Source of the DNA: an uncultured bacterium
GTDB taxonomy: Bacteria; Fermentibacterota; Fermentibacteria; Fermentibacterales; Fermentibacteraceae
NCBI GenBank assembly: GCA_964564435.1
Contig: CAZMAT010000002.1
Span: forward strand, 140,002-204,001
DNA: 64,000 nucleotides
Direction: 5' to 3'
Position numbers and translations under genes: made by a program. A model generated the notes under the pieces. It searched no databases and had not been told where the DNA came from. It was given only the letters and a program-made list of their open reading frames with translations. Shown in pieces: positions 29,198 through 38,238 of the stretch. Numbering within the stretch: position 1 is the first letter of the stretch; every line of letters begins with the position of its first letter.

Positions 29198-30038
29198 AGA
29201 CCCAGGCATTGGGCTCCCCGGGCTCCTCCCAGTAGCTCCAGCCGTCGGACATCAGCAGGGATTCGGCAGCGGCGGCTCCACCCGGAAGCATGATCTCGAC
29301 GGTATCGTCACCCGAGGCATGGGCGGCGCGTGCCGCGGCCCGTCCGGCCTCCACCGGGTCCTCCAGGGCGGAGGCGCAGAGCGTGAAGGTGTTCTCCCCG
29401 GGCCTGGACATGAACCTCAGTCCGGAGGCCTCCCGCACTTCGCACAGCCCGGCGATCGCCCCGGCCGTGTCCTCGGCCCTGAGAATCGCCTTCCATCCCA
29501 GCGGGACCCGCGTCGGGTACGGCCTCAGGTCGCGTTCCTCGAGGGGCACGACGACTGCGGGCGCAGCACCCTCGTGCGGGATGGATGCCCGGCAGAGGAG
29601 CCGGAATGCCTCGACCCGCTCGAACCCGCAGGATTCCGCGATGGCGATGCTCTCGGAATTGTGGTAGTAGGTCTCGAACTCCACCCAGTCGACGGCGCCC
29701 TCGTCCCTCAGCGCCCGGGCCCTCCTGAAGCAGTCCTCGGAGAGAAGCCTCCCGAGGCCCCTGCCCCTCATCGAGGGATGCACGCGCAGCCCTTCGAGCC
29801 ATGCCACCCGCCCCGGCATCACCGTGATCTTGTAGCATCCGAAGAGCCTTCCGGCGACGATGCCGGAATACATGCCGCCCCCTGCGATCCACGAGGCCGC
29901 GACGGCCTCCAGGTAGTCGCCCCCGTCCCATGTCGCGCGGGAGATCTCTGCAAGCTCAGGCATGTCCTCCGGGACCGCCGCCCTTATCGAGGGCCGGAGC
30001 ATGGCATCTTCAGACATATCCGAGGTTCCGTCCGGCAT
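29184..30038 (-). CDS. GNAT family N-acetyltransferase (two-domain)
   Basis: Acetyl-CoA binding motif LRVHPSMRGRGLGRLL. Start chosen at the internal ATG 30038 (MPDGTSD...), which has a GGAAAG RBS. Confidence 0.7.
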   Translation of the reverse strand: MPDGTSDMSEDAMLRPSIRAAVPEDMPELAEISRATWDGGDYLEAVAASWIAGGGMYSGIVAGRLFGCYKITVMPGRVAWLEGLRVHPSMRGRGLGRLLSEDCFRRARALRDEGAVDWVEFETYYHNSESIAIAESCGFERVEAFRLLCRASIPHEGAAPAVVVPLEERDLRPYPTRVPLGWKAILRAEDTAGAIAGLCEVREASGLRFMSRPGENTFTLCASALEDPVEAGRAAARAAHASGDDTVEIMLPGGAAAAESLLMSDGWSYWEEPGEPNAWVFRMR

Positions 30039-30104
30039 CTTCTTTCCCCATAATCGGAATGTTTTGCGGAGACGGCCCACCCGTGTCCTCCGGAGGGAAG
30101 CAAT

Positions 30105-30635
30105 ATGAACACTCAGGAGATGTTCGGGGATTTCCACCCGCTAGAGAGCAGTTCCTTCCAGTCCTTCTGCGAGCTCGTCAAGGTGAGCGACGGCGGCGCC
30201 CTGGTCACCCAGGGCGAGCAGTCGACGGACTTCTTCGTGCTGCTGAGGGGCTGTCTGAAGGTGACGGACCAGCGCACGGGCGAGGATTTCGTGCTCGCCC
30301 AGCTGTACGAGGGGGACGTGTTCGGCGAGATGTCGTTCCTCGACGGGAGCCCCAGATCGGCCACGGTCATCTCCGAGGGCGAATCCGAGATACTCCGCAT
30401 GAGCCGCCAGAGCTTCGCCCTCCTCCAGTCCGTCAACCCGTATCTCGGGCTGCTCATCCTGGTTTTCCTCGGGCGCATGATGTCCGGCAGGCTCAGGAGC
30501 GTCGACGAGAAGATGGCGGGGATGGCCAGGGAGCGCGACAACAGAGAGCTCTCCGAGCTCCGCAGGCTCATCTCCGGAATCCGGAGCTCGGTGCGGTCGC
30601 AGGTGGGCGATTCCGGAGAATCGGATCTCCTCTAG
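30105..30635 (+). CDS. cyclic-nucleotide-binding domain protein (no DNA-binding domain)
   Basis: cNMP-binding signature GDVFGEMSFLDGSPRSATV. 176 aa with no HTH. Confidence 0.8.
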   Translation: MNTQEMFGDFHPLESSSFQSFCELVKVSDGGALVTQGEQSTDFFVLLRGCLKVTDQRTGEDFVLAQLYEGDVFGEMSFLDGSPRSATVISEGESEILRMSRQSFALLQSVNPYLGLLILVFLGRMMSGRLRSVDEKMAGMARERDNRELSELRRLISGIRSSVRSQVGDSGESDLL

Positions 30636-30644
30636 AACCGGGGG

Positions 30645-31190
30645 GTGCCAATGTCCGGTGTGAAGAGGGTTTTCCCGCAGCTCAGCGCCTCCGAGGAGGC
30701 CGAGATCCTGTCCGAATGCACAAGGATGGAGGCGGGGGCTGGCACTGCCGTGCTGCGCAAGGGCGAGGGCGGTGGAGACCTGTACATCGTCGAATCCGGG
30801 GTTTTCAAGGTCTACGAGGAAACCGCCGGCGAGGACTTCGTGCTCGCCCTGCTCAACAGGGGCGACGTCTTCGGCGAGCTGTCCTTCCTCGACGGGTCGC
30901 CCAGGTCGGCCTGCGTGAGATGCCAGAACGACGGGAGCCTCCTGAGGTTCGGAAGGCCCGACTTCCCGAAGCTGCTCCTGAAGAACCCGTACACCGCCTC
31001 CAGGCTTCTCTTCAGCCTGGCCTCGATCGTGTCGGCGCGGCTCAGGAAGGCGGACGAGGCTCTCGCTGTCCTCGCCTTCGACGAACCGGACGCGTCGTCC
31101 GACGAGATGCACAGGCTCGCAGCCGAGATGCACCGGGCCGTCCACATGGAGCTTTCCCCGGGCTCCAGCGAAACGGCGCTTGAGTTCTGA
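30645..31190 (+). CDS. cyclic-nucleotide-binding domain protein, paralog
   Basis: GDVFGELSFLDGSPRSACV. 181 aa, 9 nt downstream of its paralog. Confidence 0.8.
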   Translation: MPMSGVKRVFPQLSASEEAEILSECTRMEAGAGTAVLRKGEGGGDLYIVESGVFKVYEETAGEDFVLALLNRGDVFGELSFLDGSPRSACVRCQNDGSLLRFGRPDFPKLLLKNPYTASRLLFSLASIVSARLRKADEALAVLAFDEPDASSDEMHRLAAEMHRAVHMELSPGSSETALEF

Positions 31191-31202
31191 CCCCCCTGCG
31201 GG

Positions 31203-31793
31203 CTACAGATCAGGCGGGATGAGGGAGGAGAGCTTCGTGAAGGCCCTCGCCCTGTGGCTCGCGGCGTTCTTCTCGCAGGCGGGGCATTCCGCATAGGTGC
31301 AGCCCAGCGAAGGCACGAAGAAGACGGGATCGTAGCCGAAGCCCCCGTCGCCTGCAGGTCTTTCGAGGATAATGCCCTCCACCTCGCCTGTCGCCGTCAC
31401 CAGGCCGCCTCCGGGGCTGGCGAACGCCGCCGCGGTCCTGAAGAAGGCCTGCCGTGACGCACCCTCCTCCCACATGAGCACGCGCAGGAGCTTGGCCACG
31501 TTGTCGGCATAGCTTGCGGAGGAGCCTGCGTACCTCGCCGAGTACACGCCGGGGGCGCCTCCGAGAGCGGACACGAACAGCCCCGTATCGTCGGCGACGC
31601 AGGGCATCGAGGTCGCACGGGCCGCTGCGAGCGCCTTGATCGCGGCGTTCTCCTCTATCGTGCCCCCCGTCTCCTCGCAGTCCCAGCCGGGAATGACGAC
31701 CGTCACGGGCACGACCTCGCGAGCCGGGCCCTCGAGGACCGCCCTCACTTCGGCCAGCTTGTCGGGGTTGCCCGAGGCCAGGACGAGTCTCAA
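31203..31793 (-). CDS. rdgB: dITP/XTP pyrophosphatase (Ham1/RdgB family)
   Basis: LASGNPDKL...DDTGL...GFGYDPVF motifs. Confidence 0.88.
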   Translation of the reverse strand: MRLVLASGNPDKLAEVRAVLEGPAREVVPVTVVIPGWDCEETGGTIEENAAIKALAAARATSMPCVADDTGLFVSALGGAPGVYSARYAGSSASYADNVAKLLRVLMWEEGASRQAFFRTAAAFASPGGGLVTATGEVEGIILERPAGDGGFGYDPVFFVPSLGCTYAECPACEKNAASHRARAFTKLSSLIPPDL

Positions 31794-31800
31794 GGCCGCA

Positions 31801-32538
31801 CTACTCCCCCGCCGCCAGCTTCTGGCACGGGATGACGTATCCGAGGATGGAGGACATCGCCGACCTGGCCATTTCCTGGACGTCGTCGAAGGGTATCGGC
31901 CTGTGCTCGGCCGAGGCCTGGAGCTCGACGAGGAGCCCTGACGACATGCAGACCACGTTCATGTCCATCATCGCGCCCGAATCCTCTTCGTAAGTAAGAT
32001 CGGTGAGGACGCGGTCGCCCACGATCCCGATGCTCAGGGCTCCTACGAAACCGCGCCATGGATCGATTTCGATGTCGCCCCTTCCGAGGAGCCTCTGGAT
32101 GGCCAGCCTCAGGGCAACGGCACCGCCCGTGATGGCGGCCACCCTGGTCCCGCCGTCGGCCACGAGCACGTCGCAGTCGATCGTTATCGTCCTGTCTGGC
32201 AGCTTCGAGAGATCGAGGGTCTGCCTGAGGCTCCGGCCGATGATCCGCTGGATCTCTTGGCTCCTGCCCTTGGTGGCCCCGCCCCTGTCGCGCCTCACGC
32301 GCCTGTTACCGCTGCCGGGGAGCATGTCGTACTCGGCCGTCACCCAGCCGCCGCTCTTCGGGGCGATGAACGGAGGCACCCGGTTCTCGATGCTGGCCGA
32401 GCAGAGGACCCTGGTCTCTCCCCAGGAGATCAGCACGCTCCCCTCGGGGGATGGCTGGAAACCCGTCTCGAACGATATCTCCCTGACGTCCGAATCTCCC
32501 CTGCCGTCGCTCCTGGCCCTGGCGCCTTCAGGCATCAC
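31801..32538 (-). CDS. rph: ribonuclease PH
   Basis: 245 aa; CDVLVADGGTRVAAITGG and full-length RNase PH similarity. Confidence 0.9.
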   Translation of the reverse strand: MMPEGARARSDGRGDSDVREISFETGFQPSPEGSVLISWGETRVLCSASIENRVPPFIAPKSGGWVTAEYDMLPGSGNRRVRRDRGGATKGRSQEIQRIIGRSLRQTLDLSKLPDRTITIDCDVLVADGGTRVAAITGGAVALRLAIQRLLGRGDIEIDPWRGFVGALSIGIVGDRVLTDLTYEEDSGAMMDMNVVCMSSGLLVELQASAEHRPIPFDDVQEMARSAMSSILGYVIPCQKLAAGE

Positions 32539-33343
32539 CGACCTCCACCTGGGTTACTAGCGGTATGGAGCGGCCCAGGAACCTCTGGGCGATCTCCTGG
32601 AACTTGAGCGGGATGTCACTGACATAGAAGGAATGGGAAGGAAGGCCCGGAACGCCGGGCCCGCTCAGGAGCCCCGCCTCCCCGAGCGTACGGGCCACGA
32701 CCGATGCCGTCGATTCGGCTGAATCCACAAGGGCGACCTCCGGTCCGAGCACGCGGCCCAGGACCGTCTCGAGGAGCGGGTAGTGGGTGCAGCCGAGCAC
32801 GAGCGTGTCGATCTTCTCGCGCAGAAGGGGGGCCATGTATTCCTCGACGACGAGGGTGGTGATCCTGTGGTCGAGCCAGCCCTCCTCCACCAGGGGGACG
32901 AGGAGGGGACAGGGCTGGGCCACGACGGTCCGGATCCCCCCTGCCTCCCTGAGGGCCCTCTGATACGCTCCGCTCGAGATGGTGCCGCTGGTCCCGATCA
33001 CGCCGACGATGCCGCTCCTGGTCGCCCTCGCTGCGGCCGCGGCCCCTGGTTCGATCACGCCGATGACGGGCACGCTGCTCCCGCCGCGCAGGGCCGGCAT
33101 GCTGACGGACGAGGCCGTGTTGCAGGCGGCGACTATCAGCTTGACGCCCTTGCGGCGGAGGAACGCCGAATCCTCGAGGGAGAAGCGAATGACGGTCTCG
33201 GGGGACTTGGATCCGTAAGGGACCCGGGCTGTGTCTCCGAAGTAGACGACGGACTCGTCCGGCAGCTGTCGCATTATCTCACGGACGACCGTGAGGCCGC
33301 CTATGCCCGAATCGAAGACCCCTATCGGAGCGGTTCGGTCCAA
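32528..33343 (-). CDS. murI: glutamate racemase
   Basis: IGVFDSGIGGLTV...VAACNTAS...LGCTHYPLL motifs. Confidence 0.9.
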   Translation of the reverse strand: MDRTAPIGVFDSGIGGLTVVREIMRQLPDESVVYFGDTARVPYGSKSPETVIRFSLEDSAFLRRKGVKLIVAACNTASSVSMPALRGGSSVPVIGVIEPGAAAAARATRSGIVGVIGTSGTISSGAYQRALREAGGIRTVVAQPCPLLVPLVEEGWLDHRITTLVVEEYMAPLLREKIDTLVLGCTHYPLLETVLGRVLGPEVALVDSAESTASVVARTLGEAGLLSGPGVPGLPSHSFYVSDIPLKFQEIAQRFLGRSIPLVTQVEVGDA

Positions 33344-33347
33344 GACG

Positions 33348-33956
33348 TCAGATGGCGTCGGGGACGCCGCGCAGCGGGAGCCCGTCGGGGAATCCGTCCA
33401 TGGTGGCTCCGGAGACCAGCGGGATGAGCCTGGTATAGTTCACGAACCTGCCCTCCACCGTCCGGGCGAGCCCCGCGGGGTCGTAGGCCCCAGGGAGGTC
33501 GGCGTAGAGGGTGTCGCTCCTCGGGAACACGAACACCCTTTCCAGCTGGGTGTCCTCGAAGCCGGCAGAGGCAGCCCAGGCCTCGACAAGAAGCATCGTC
33601 TCCAGGGGGATGTCTGAAGTGGCAGGGGCTTCCGGGAGCTGGACCACGACGGCGCCGGATCCTGCCGAGACGAAGAGCGAGCACGGGGTGGAGGGCCAGG
33701 ATGTCTGCGGGAGCTCGGCCACCTGCTCTTCGCGGCTCACGGCAGCGCTGTCCGGGAGAGGGACGACGAGGGAATCGGGAACGGGGATGTCTCCGGCGAG
33801 GGCCTCCTCGTCGGCCTGGGCATCGGAGAGCCCGAGCCGGCTGTTCATGATCCTGAGCCCTGCGAAGAGCAGGAGGGACAGGGCGGCGATCACTGCAAGC
33901 TCGATCAGGACGCCCCTCAGTAGCGGATCCCTGGTTCTGCCGGGCATTTCTTTCAT
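33348..33956 (-). CDS. GerMN-domain (GerM-like) membrane-anchored protein
   Basis: N-terminal TM helix. A C-terminal ~150-aa domain sits between the amidase and murI genes, the same position as gerM in the Bacillus gerM-racE-rph cluster. The start is the internal ATG that overlaps the amidase stop (ATGA). Confidence 0.5.
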   Translation of the reverse strand: MKEMPGRTRDPLLRGVLIELAVIAALSLLLFAGLRIMNSRLGLSDAQADEEALAGDIPVPDSLVVPLPDSAAVSREEQVAELPQTSWPSTPCSLFVSAGSGAVVVQLPEAPATSDIPLETMLLVEAWAASAGFEDTQLERVFVFPRSDTLYADLPGAYDPAGLARTVEGRFVNYTRLIPLVSGATMDGFPDGLPLRGVPDAI

Positions 33957-35089
33957 ATCCCCCGTGTGTTGGCGAATGCTTCGATTCCCGCAACAATAGC
34001 CCGCGCGGTCCGGAACCGGAAGTCCAGATCCCGCAGGAGGCTCTCCTCGCCCGGATTCGAGATGAAGGCCACCTCGAGTAGCACCGACGGCATCCATGCC
34101 CCCCTGAGGACGTAGAATCCGGCCTGCTTGACCCCTCTGTCCGATCCGGAGGGCCACTCCCCCGACATGCTCCTCTGCAGGCTCTCGGCCAGGCTGCTGC
34201 TCTGGCTGAGATACAGGTTCTGCGCGATGTCGGCCAGCAGGAACGACAGGGCTCCGCCGTCGGACTCCGGTTCCGGGTCGCCGTACAGTTCGGCCACTCC
34301 GTTCTCCATGGCGGCAACCGCCCTCGCGTCATCGGTCCTGGCCAGGCTGAGGAAGTAGGTCTCGAAGCCCCCGGCCCCCCGGTTGGTGCTCGCGTTGCAG
34401 TGGATGCTGACGAAGAGGTCCGCCCTCGCCCGGTTGGCGAACCGTGTCCTCTCTCCCAGGGAGACGTAGGTATCGGAATCCCGCGTCATGAGGACTTCCA
34501 CTCCCGGCATGCCAAGGGCGAGCAGATCCCTGACGAGAAGGGCGATTTCGAGATTCCTGTCCTTCTCCGCATCGCCGCCGGGTCCGACTGCGCCTGGATC
34601 CCTCCCGCCATGTCCGGGATCGAGGACGATGCAGTCGAAATCGGAGAGCCACGGCGCAGGGAGTCCGGACGAGAGCGCCGCGACGGCGAGCGAGTCGGGC
34701 GAGGCGGCGGGGCCGGCCGGCTCGTCGGGAGGCCCCGCCCATGACAACGCAGGGAGGTCGAATCCCACCGCCGACCTGAAGAAGACGATCAGGCTGAGGC
34801 TGTCGGCGCTCAGGGCCCAGTCGACGGACTGCACGAGCGGGCTCCCGGTGGCCCTGAGGGTGATGCCGTCACCGGAAACGGACAGGCTCTCGACCCAGAA
34901 CGATCCCCGGGGCGGAGCGGGGGGCAGCGTGAACCCGGTGCGCACCAGCACGGTGAAGCCTTCAGCGACGACGGATGGCGACATGGCGGAGTCGGTTGTG
35001 ATCTCGAGGAGAGCACCGTCCGGCCTGGGAACCACTCTGATGCCGGGCGCGGGGACGAGCGCCAGGATAGCCAGGAACAGGTCAGTCAC
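33953..35089 (-). CDS. N-acetylmuramoyl-L-alanine amidase (Amidase_3, AmiC-like) with N-terminal AMIN-like domain
   Basis: IVLDPGHGGRDPGAVG...VSIHCNA...E motifs. Confidence 0.85.
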   Translation of the reverse strand: MTDLFLAILALVPAPGIRVVPRPDGALLEITTDSAMSPSVVAEGFTVLVRTGFTLPPAPPRGSFWVESLSVSGDGITLRATGSPLVQSVDWALSADSLSLIVFFRSAVGFDLPALSWAGPPDEPAGPAASPDSLAVAALSSGLPAPWLSDFDCIVLDPGHGGRDPGAVGPGGDAEKDRNLEIALLVRDLLALGMPGVEVLMTRDSDTYVSLGERTRFANRARADLFVSIHCNASTNRGAGGFETYFLSLARTDDARAVAAMENGVAELYGDPEPESDGGALSFLLADIAQNLYLSQSSSLAESLQRSMSGEWPSGSDRGVKQAGFYVLRGAWMPSVLLEVAFISNPGEESLLRDLDFRFRTARAIVAGIEAFANTRGI

Positions 35090-35534
35090 GCCTGGCCTTC
35101 ATGGCGGCTTCGATCCTCCTGCGGTCGTCCCGCTTCGCGATCTCCTCCCGCCGGTCGTGCTCCTTCCTGCCCCTGCAGATCCCCAGCAGCATCTTCACGA
35201 TCCCGTTGCTGTAGTGCAGATCGAGCGGCACCAGCGTCAGACCCTTCTCGTCGATCCTGCGCCTGAGCCTCTCGAGCTCCCTCCTGTGCGCCAGGAGCTT
35301 CCGCCTGCGGTTGGGGGGATGGTTCTCGCGGGCCTGGTCGTACTCGGGCACGTGCATGCCCGTGACCCAGAGCTGGCCCCTGTCGTCGAAGGATGCGTAC
35401 GAGCCTGCGAGGCCGGATCCGCCCCCTCTGACGGACCTCGCCTCCGTTCCCCTGAGAACGAGACCCACCTCGATCGTGTCGAGGATCTCGTAATCGTGGA
35501 ATGCTCTCCTGTTGCGGGTGATCGAATCCTTCAG
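35082..35534 (-). CDS. smpB: SsrA-binding protein SmpB, proposed CTG start
   Basis: RNRRAFHDYEILDTIEVGLVLRGTEARSVR...LLGICRGRKEHDRRE aligns with SmpB. An in-frame TGA lies 4 codons upstream of CTG 35534. The first GTG is 20 codons downstream and would delete conserved residues. GGAGGA sits 4 nt upstream of the CTG. Confidence 0.8.
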   Translation of the reverse strand: MKDSITRNRRAFHDYEILDTIEVGLVLRGTEARSVRGGGSGLAGSYASFDDRGQLWVTGMHVPEYDQARENHPPNRRRKLLAHRRELERLRRRIDEKGLTLVPLDLHYSNGIVKMLLGICRGRKEHDRREEIAKRDDRRRIEAAMKARRD

Positions 35535-35590
35535 GGGATCCTCCGGTCATTGACGCCCGGCCCCGGCCGGGCTAGAATCTCGCGCCCGGT

Positions 35591-35676
35591 GCCGAAGTGG
35601 CGAAATGGCAGACGCGCTAGGTTCAGGACCTAGTAAGGGAAACCTTGTGGGGGTTCAAGTCCCCCCTTCGGCACCA
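35591..35676 (+). tRNA. tRNA-Leu (anticodon CAG), long variable arm, CCA encoded
   Basis: GCCGAAGTGGCGAAATGGCAGACGCGCTAGGTTCAGGACCTAG...CTTCGGCACCA; anticodon loop TTCAGGA; 86 nt. Confidence 0.9.
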
Positions 35677-36899
35677 GACTTCCCCCTCAGACGCGAGACG
35701 CCCTTCATCACCTGTACGGTCAGCCCTATCATCACAAGCCCGAGCAGGACCTTGCCCATTCCTCCCGCCAGTATGGACAGACCCTCCGAGACACCGGTCG
35801 TGTCGCCCGTGCGGATGCAGAGATCCAGCAGGACCCCGCCGGCCAGGACCGACCCGATCTGCCCGGAGACGTTGGCGCTGACGGCGTGCATCAGCAGGAA
35901 GTTGCCCTTGTCCTCCTCCCGTCCGAGCTGCTGGACCAGCCTCGCGGACATGGGGAAGGACGAGAGGCCGGCGGCTCCGATCAGGGGGTTCACCCTGACT
36001 CCGAGAGCATGGAGGATCTTGCCCATGCCCACACCGAACGCGGTGGAGACGATGAAGGCCAGGAGCCCGAGGCCGAAGATCAGGAGGGTCTCCGTCTGCA
36101 GGAAGATGTCGGCCCGCATCGTGGAACCCACTGCGATCCCGAGGAACAGCGTCACGAGACTGGCGAGCGTGTTGCGCGCCGAAGCCGCGAGGCTCTCCGT
36201 GGCCCCCGAGGTGGCGAGGATGTTCCCGAACATCAGGGTGCCTATCAGGGGGATGCTCAGGGGGCTGAGCATGGCGCTGATGAGGATGATGGTGTAGGGG
36301 AATATCTTGAGGAGGACAGGCGGCACTCCGGTCTCCGAAGTCGGCATCCTCACCGCCCGCTCCCTGCGGGTCGTCATCAGCCTCATGATCGGGGGCTGGA
36401 TGAGAGGCACCAGGGCCATGTAGGAATAGGCCGCCAGGGTGACCGACCCCACGATTCGCGGGGCCAGCCTCGAGGCCACCACGATGGAGGTCGGGCCGTC
36501 CGCCGTGCCGATGACGCCTATGGACGCGGCCTCGAAGAGCGGGAAACCTGCTATGAGCGCTGCGAGGAGGGCGCCGAAGATCCCCACCTGTCCGGCCGCG
36601 CCGAAGACGACGAGCCAGGGCCTCTCCAGAAGTGGCTTGAAGTCGAGCATGGCCCCTATCGCGACGAATATCAGGAGAGGGAAAAGCTCGTTGGAGATGC
36701 CGTACTGATAAAGGAGCCCCAGGAAGGAATGGGCCTCCCTCATGGGAGAGAGGGGGAGGTTCACGAGGACCATGCCGAGCCCGATCGGGAGCAGCAGGAG
36801 AGGCTCGTATCCCTTCCTGACGGCGAAACCGATCAGAGCCAGGCCGAAGGCTATCATCGCGGCCTCGCCCGGGCTCGGGAGATAGAGACCCCAGTTCAT
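35655..36899 (-). CDS. Na+-transporting decarboxylase beta subunit (OadB/GcdB/MmdB family)
   Basis: 414 aa polytopic membrane protein: MNWGLYLPSPGEAAMIAFGLALIGF...GPTSIVVA...NLLM. Its 3' end overlaps tRNA-Leu antisense by 22 nt. Confidence 0.8.
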   Translation of the reverse strand: MNWGLYLPSPGEAAMIAFGLALIGFAVRKGYEPLLLLPIGLGMVLVNLPLSPMREAHSFLGLLYQYGISNELFPLLIFVAIGAMLDFKPLLERPWLVVFGAAGQVGIFGALLAALIAGFPLFEAASIGVIGTADGPTSIVVASRLAPRIVGSVTLAAYSYMALVPLIQPPIMRLMTTRRERAVRMPTSETGVPPVLLKIFPYTIILISAMLSPLSIPLIGTLMFGNILATSGATESLAASARNTLASLVTLFLGIAVGSTMRADIFLQTETLLIFGLGLLAFIVSTAFGVGMGKILHALGVRVNPLIGAAGLSSFPMSARLVQQLGREEDKGNFLLMHAVSANVSGQIGSVLAGGVLLDLCIRTGDTTGVSEGLSILAGGMGKVLLGLVMIGLTVQVMKGVSRLRGKSGAEGGT

Positions 36900-37459
36900 A
36901 TCCCTGCTTTCCTCCTGAAGGCCAGCGGACCCGCCGACGAGAGAGGCGGGTTCGAGGAATCGCGCCCGCTCAGCACGGGATCGACGACACCCCAGTCGAT
37001 CCCGTTCTCCGGGTCGTCCCATGCGGTGCCGTACTCGTCGCTGCCGTCGTAGAGGGCGTTGACCACATAGACCATCGAACAGTCGGTCAGCGCGAGGTAT
37101 CCGTGCGCGACCCCCGGGGGGATGAGCACGGAGGCTCCGGAACCGGCCGAGAGCGGGAGGCTCGCAGAAACTCCAAGGGTGGGCGATCCGGGCCTCAGGT
37201 CGATGAAGCCGGCCAGCATGTCACCCTCGACTGGGAACCAGAGGTCGTGCTGCCTGAGATGATAGTGGAGGCCCCGCAGGACTCCCGCTCTCGATCTCGT
37301 GCAGTTCACCTGCAGGTCGCCGCCGAAGACCCCCCCGAACCAGGAGGAGCGGAACACCTCGCGGAAGCTCCCCCGGCCGTCGGGGAAGAATGGGGTGTCC
37401 ACCGTGAGGAGGCCGTCTATCCCGGCCCGGGCCTGGCTGTCCAATGAGCCTCCATCCAT
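36896..37459 (-). CDS. rfbC: dTDP-4-dehydrorhamnose 3,5-epimerase
   Basis: Cupin fold with GVLRGLHYH; 187 aa; ATGA overlap with oadB. Confidence 0.85.
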   Translation of the reverse strand: MDGGSLDSQARAGIDGLLTVDTPFFPDGRGSFREVFRSSWFGGVFGGDLQVNCTRSRAGVLRGLHYHLRQHDLWFPVEGDMLAGFIDLRPGSPTLGVSASLPLSAGSGASVLIPPGVAHGYLALTDCSMVYVVNALYDGSDEYGTAWDDPENGIDWGVVDPVLSGRDSSNPPLSSAGPLAFRRKAGI

Positions 37460-37551
37460 CGCGGGGCTTCATGACAAGCGGCCCCGCCGGCTTTAGATTG
37501 CCCGACAAGCATACACAACACGCGCACATCACTGCAAACACGGAGGCCGCG

Positions 37552-38187
37552 GTGAGAGCAAGCGAGCGAGCCGTCGAGATCGTGAGGATCCTGTCGGAGG
37601 AGTACCCCGGCGCCCGCTGCTTGCTGGAGTACGGGAAGGTGCCCTACCGGCTGCTCCTGTCCACGATAATGTCCGCCCAGACCACCGACGAGGCGGTCAA
37701 CAGGGTGACTCCCGCCCTCTGGGAGGCCTATCCCGACCTCGGGAGCCTGGCCGCTGCCCCCAGGCATGATGTGGAGCGGATCATCCACTCCCTGGGCTTC
37801 TTCCGGGCCAAGTCCGCCTCCATCCAGGGGGCTGCGGCATGGCTCCTCGAGAACACGGGCGGCCGCGTACCCGAGTCGTTCGACGACCTGCTCAGGATCC
37901 CGGGCGTCGGACGGAAGACCGCCAACGTGGTGAGGGCCGAGATCCACGGGCTGCCCGCCCTCATAGTGGACACGCACGTGAAGAGGCTCTCCTTCAGGCT
38001 TGGCCTCACTGCCTCGGATGATCCCGGCAGGATCGAGACGGATCTCGAGAAGCTCGTCCCGCCGCAGTCGAGAACCGTCTTCAGCCATTCCGTCGGCTTC
38101 CACGGCAGGAGGGTCTGTACGGCCCGGAAGCCATCCTGCGCCGCCTGCGTGCTCGCATCGCTCTGCCCGAGGAAGGGTCTCGCATAG
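37552..38187 (+). CDS. nth: endonuclease III
   Basis: HhH-GPD LLRIPGVGRKTANVV and a C-terminal 4Fe-4S Cys cluster CTARKPSCAACVLASLCP. GTG 37552 with a GGAGG RBS gives a typical 211-aa Nth. Confidence 0.85.
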   Translation: MRASERAVEIVRILSEEYPGARCLLEYGKVPYRLLLSTIMSAQTTDEAVNRVTPALWEAYPDLGSLAAAPRHDVERIIHSLGFFRAKSASIQGAAAWLLENTGGRVPESFDDLLRIPGVGRKTANVVRAEIHGLPALIVDTHVKRLSFRLGLTASDDPGRIETDLEKLVPPQSRTVFSHSVGFHGRRVCTARKPSCAACVLASLCPRKGLA

Positions 38188-38193
38188 AAAGGA

Positions 38194-38217
38194 GCCGGCC
38201 GCCCGGAGGCGGCCGGC
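38194..38217. terminator. bidirectional intrinsic terminator-like hairpin between convergent nth and repeat-protein genes
   Basis: GCCGGCCGCC-cgga-GGCGGCCGGC: a 10-bp perfect GC stem, 4-nt loop, followed by CTTTC. Confidence 0.5.
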
Positions 38218-38238
38218 CTTTCGATCAGACAGGGATCG

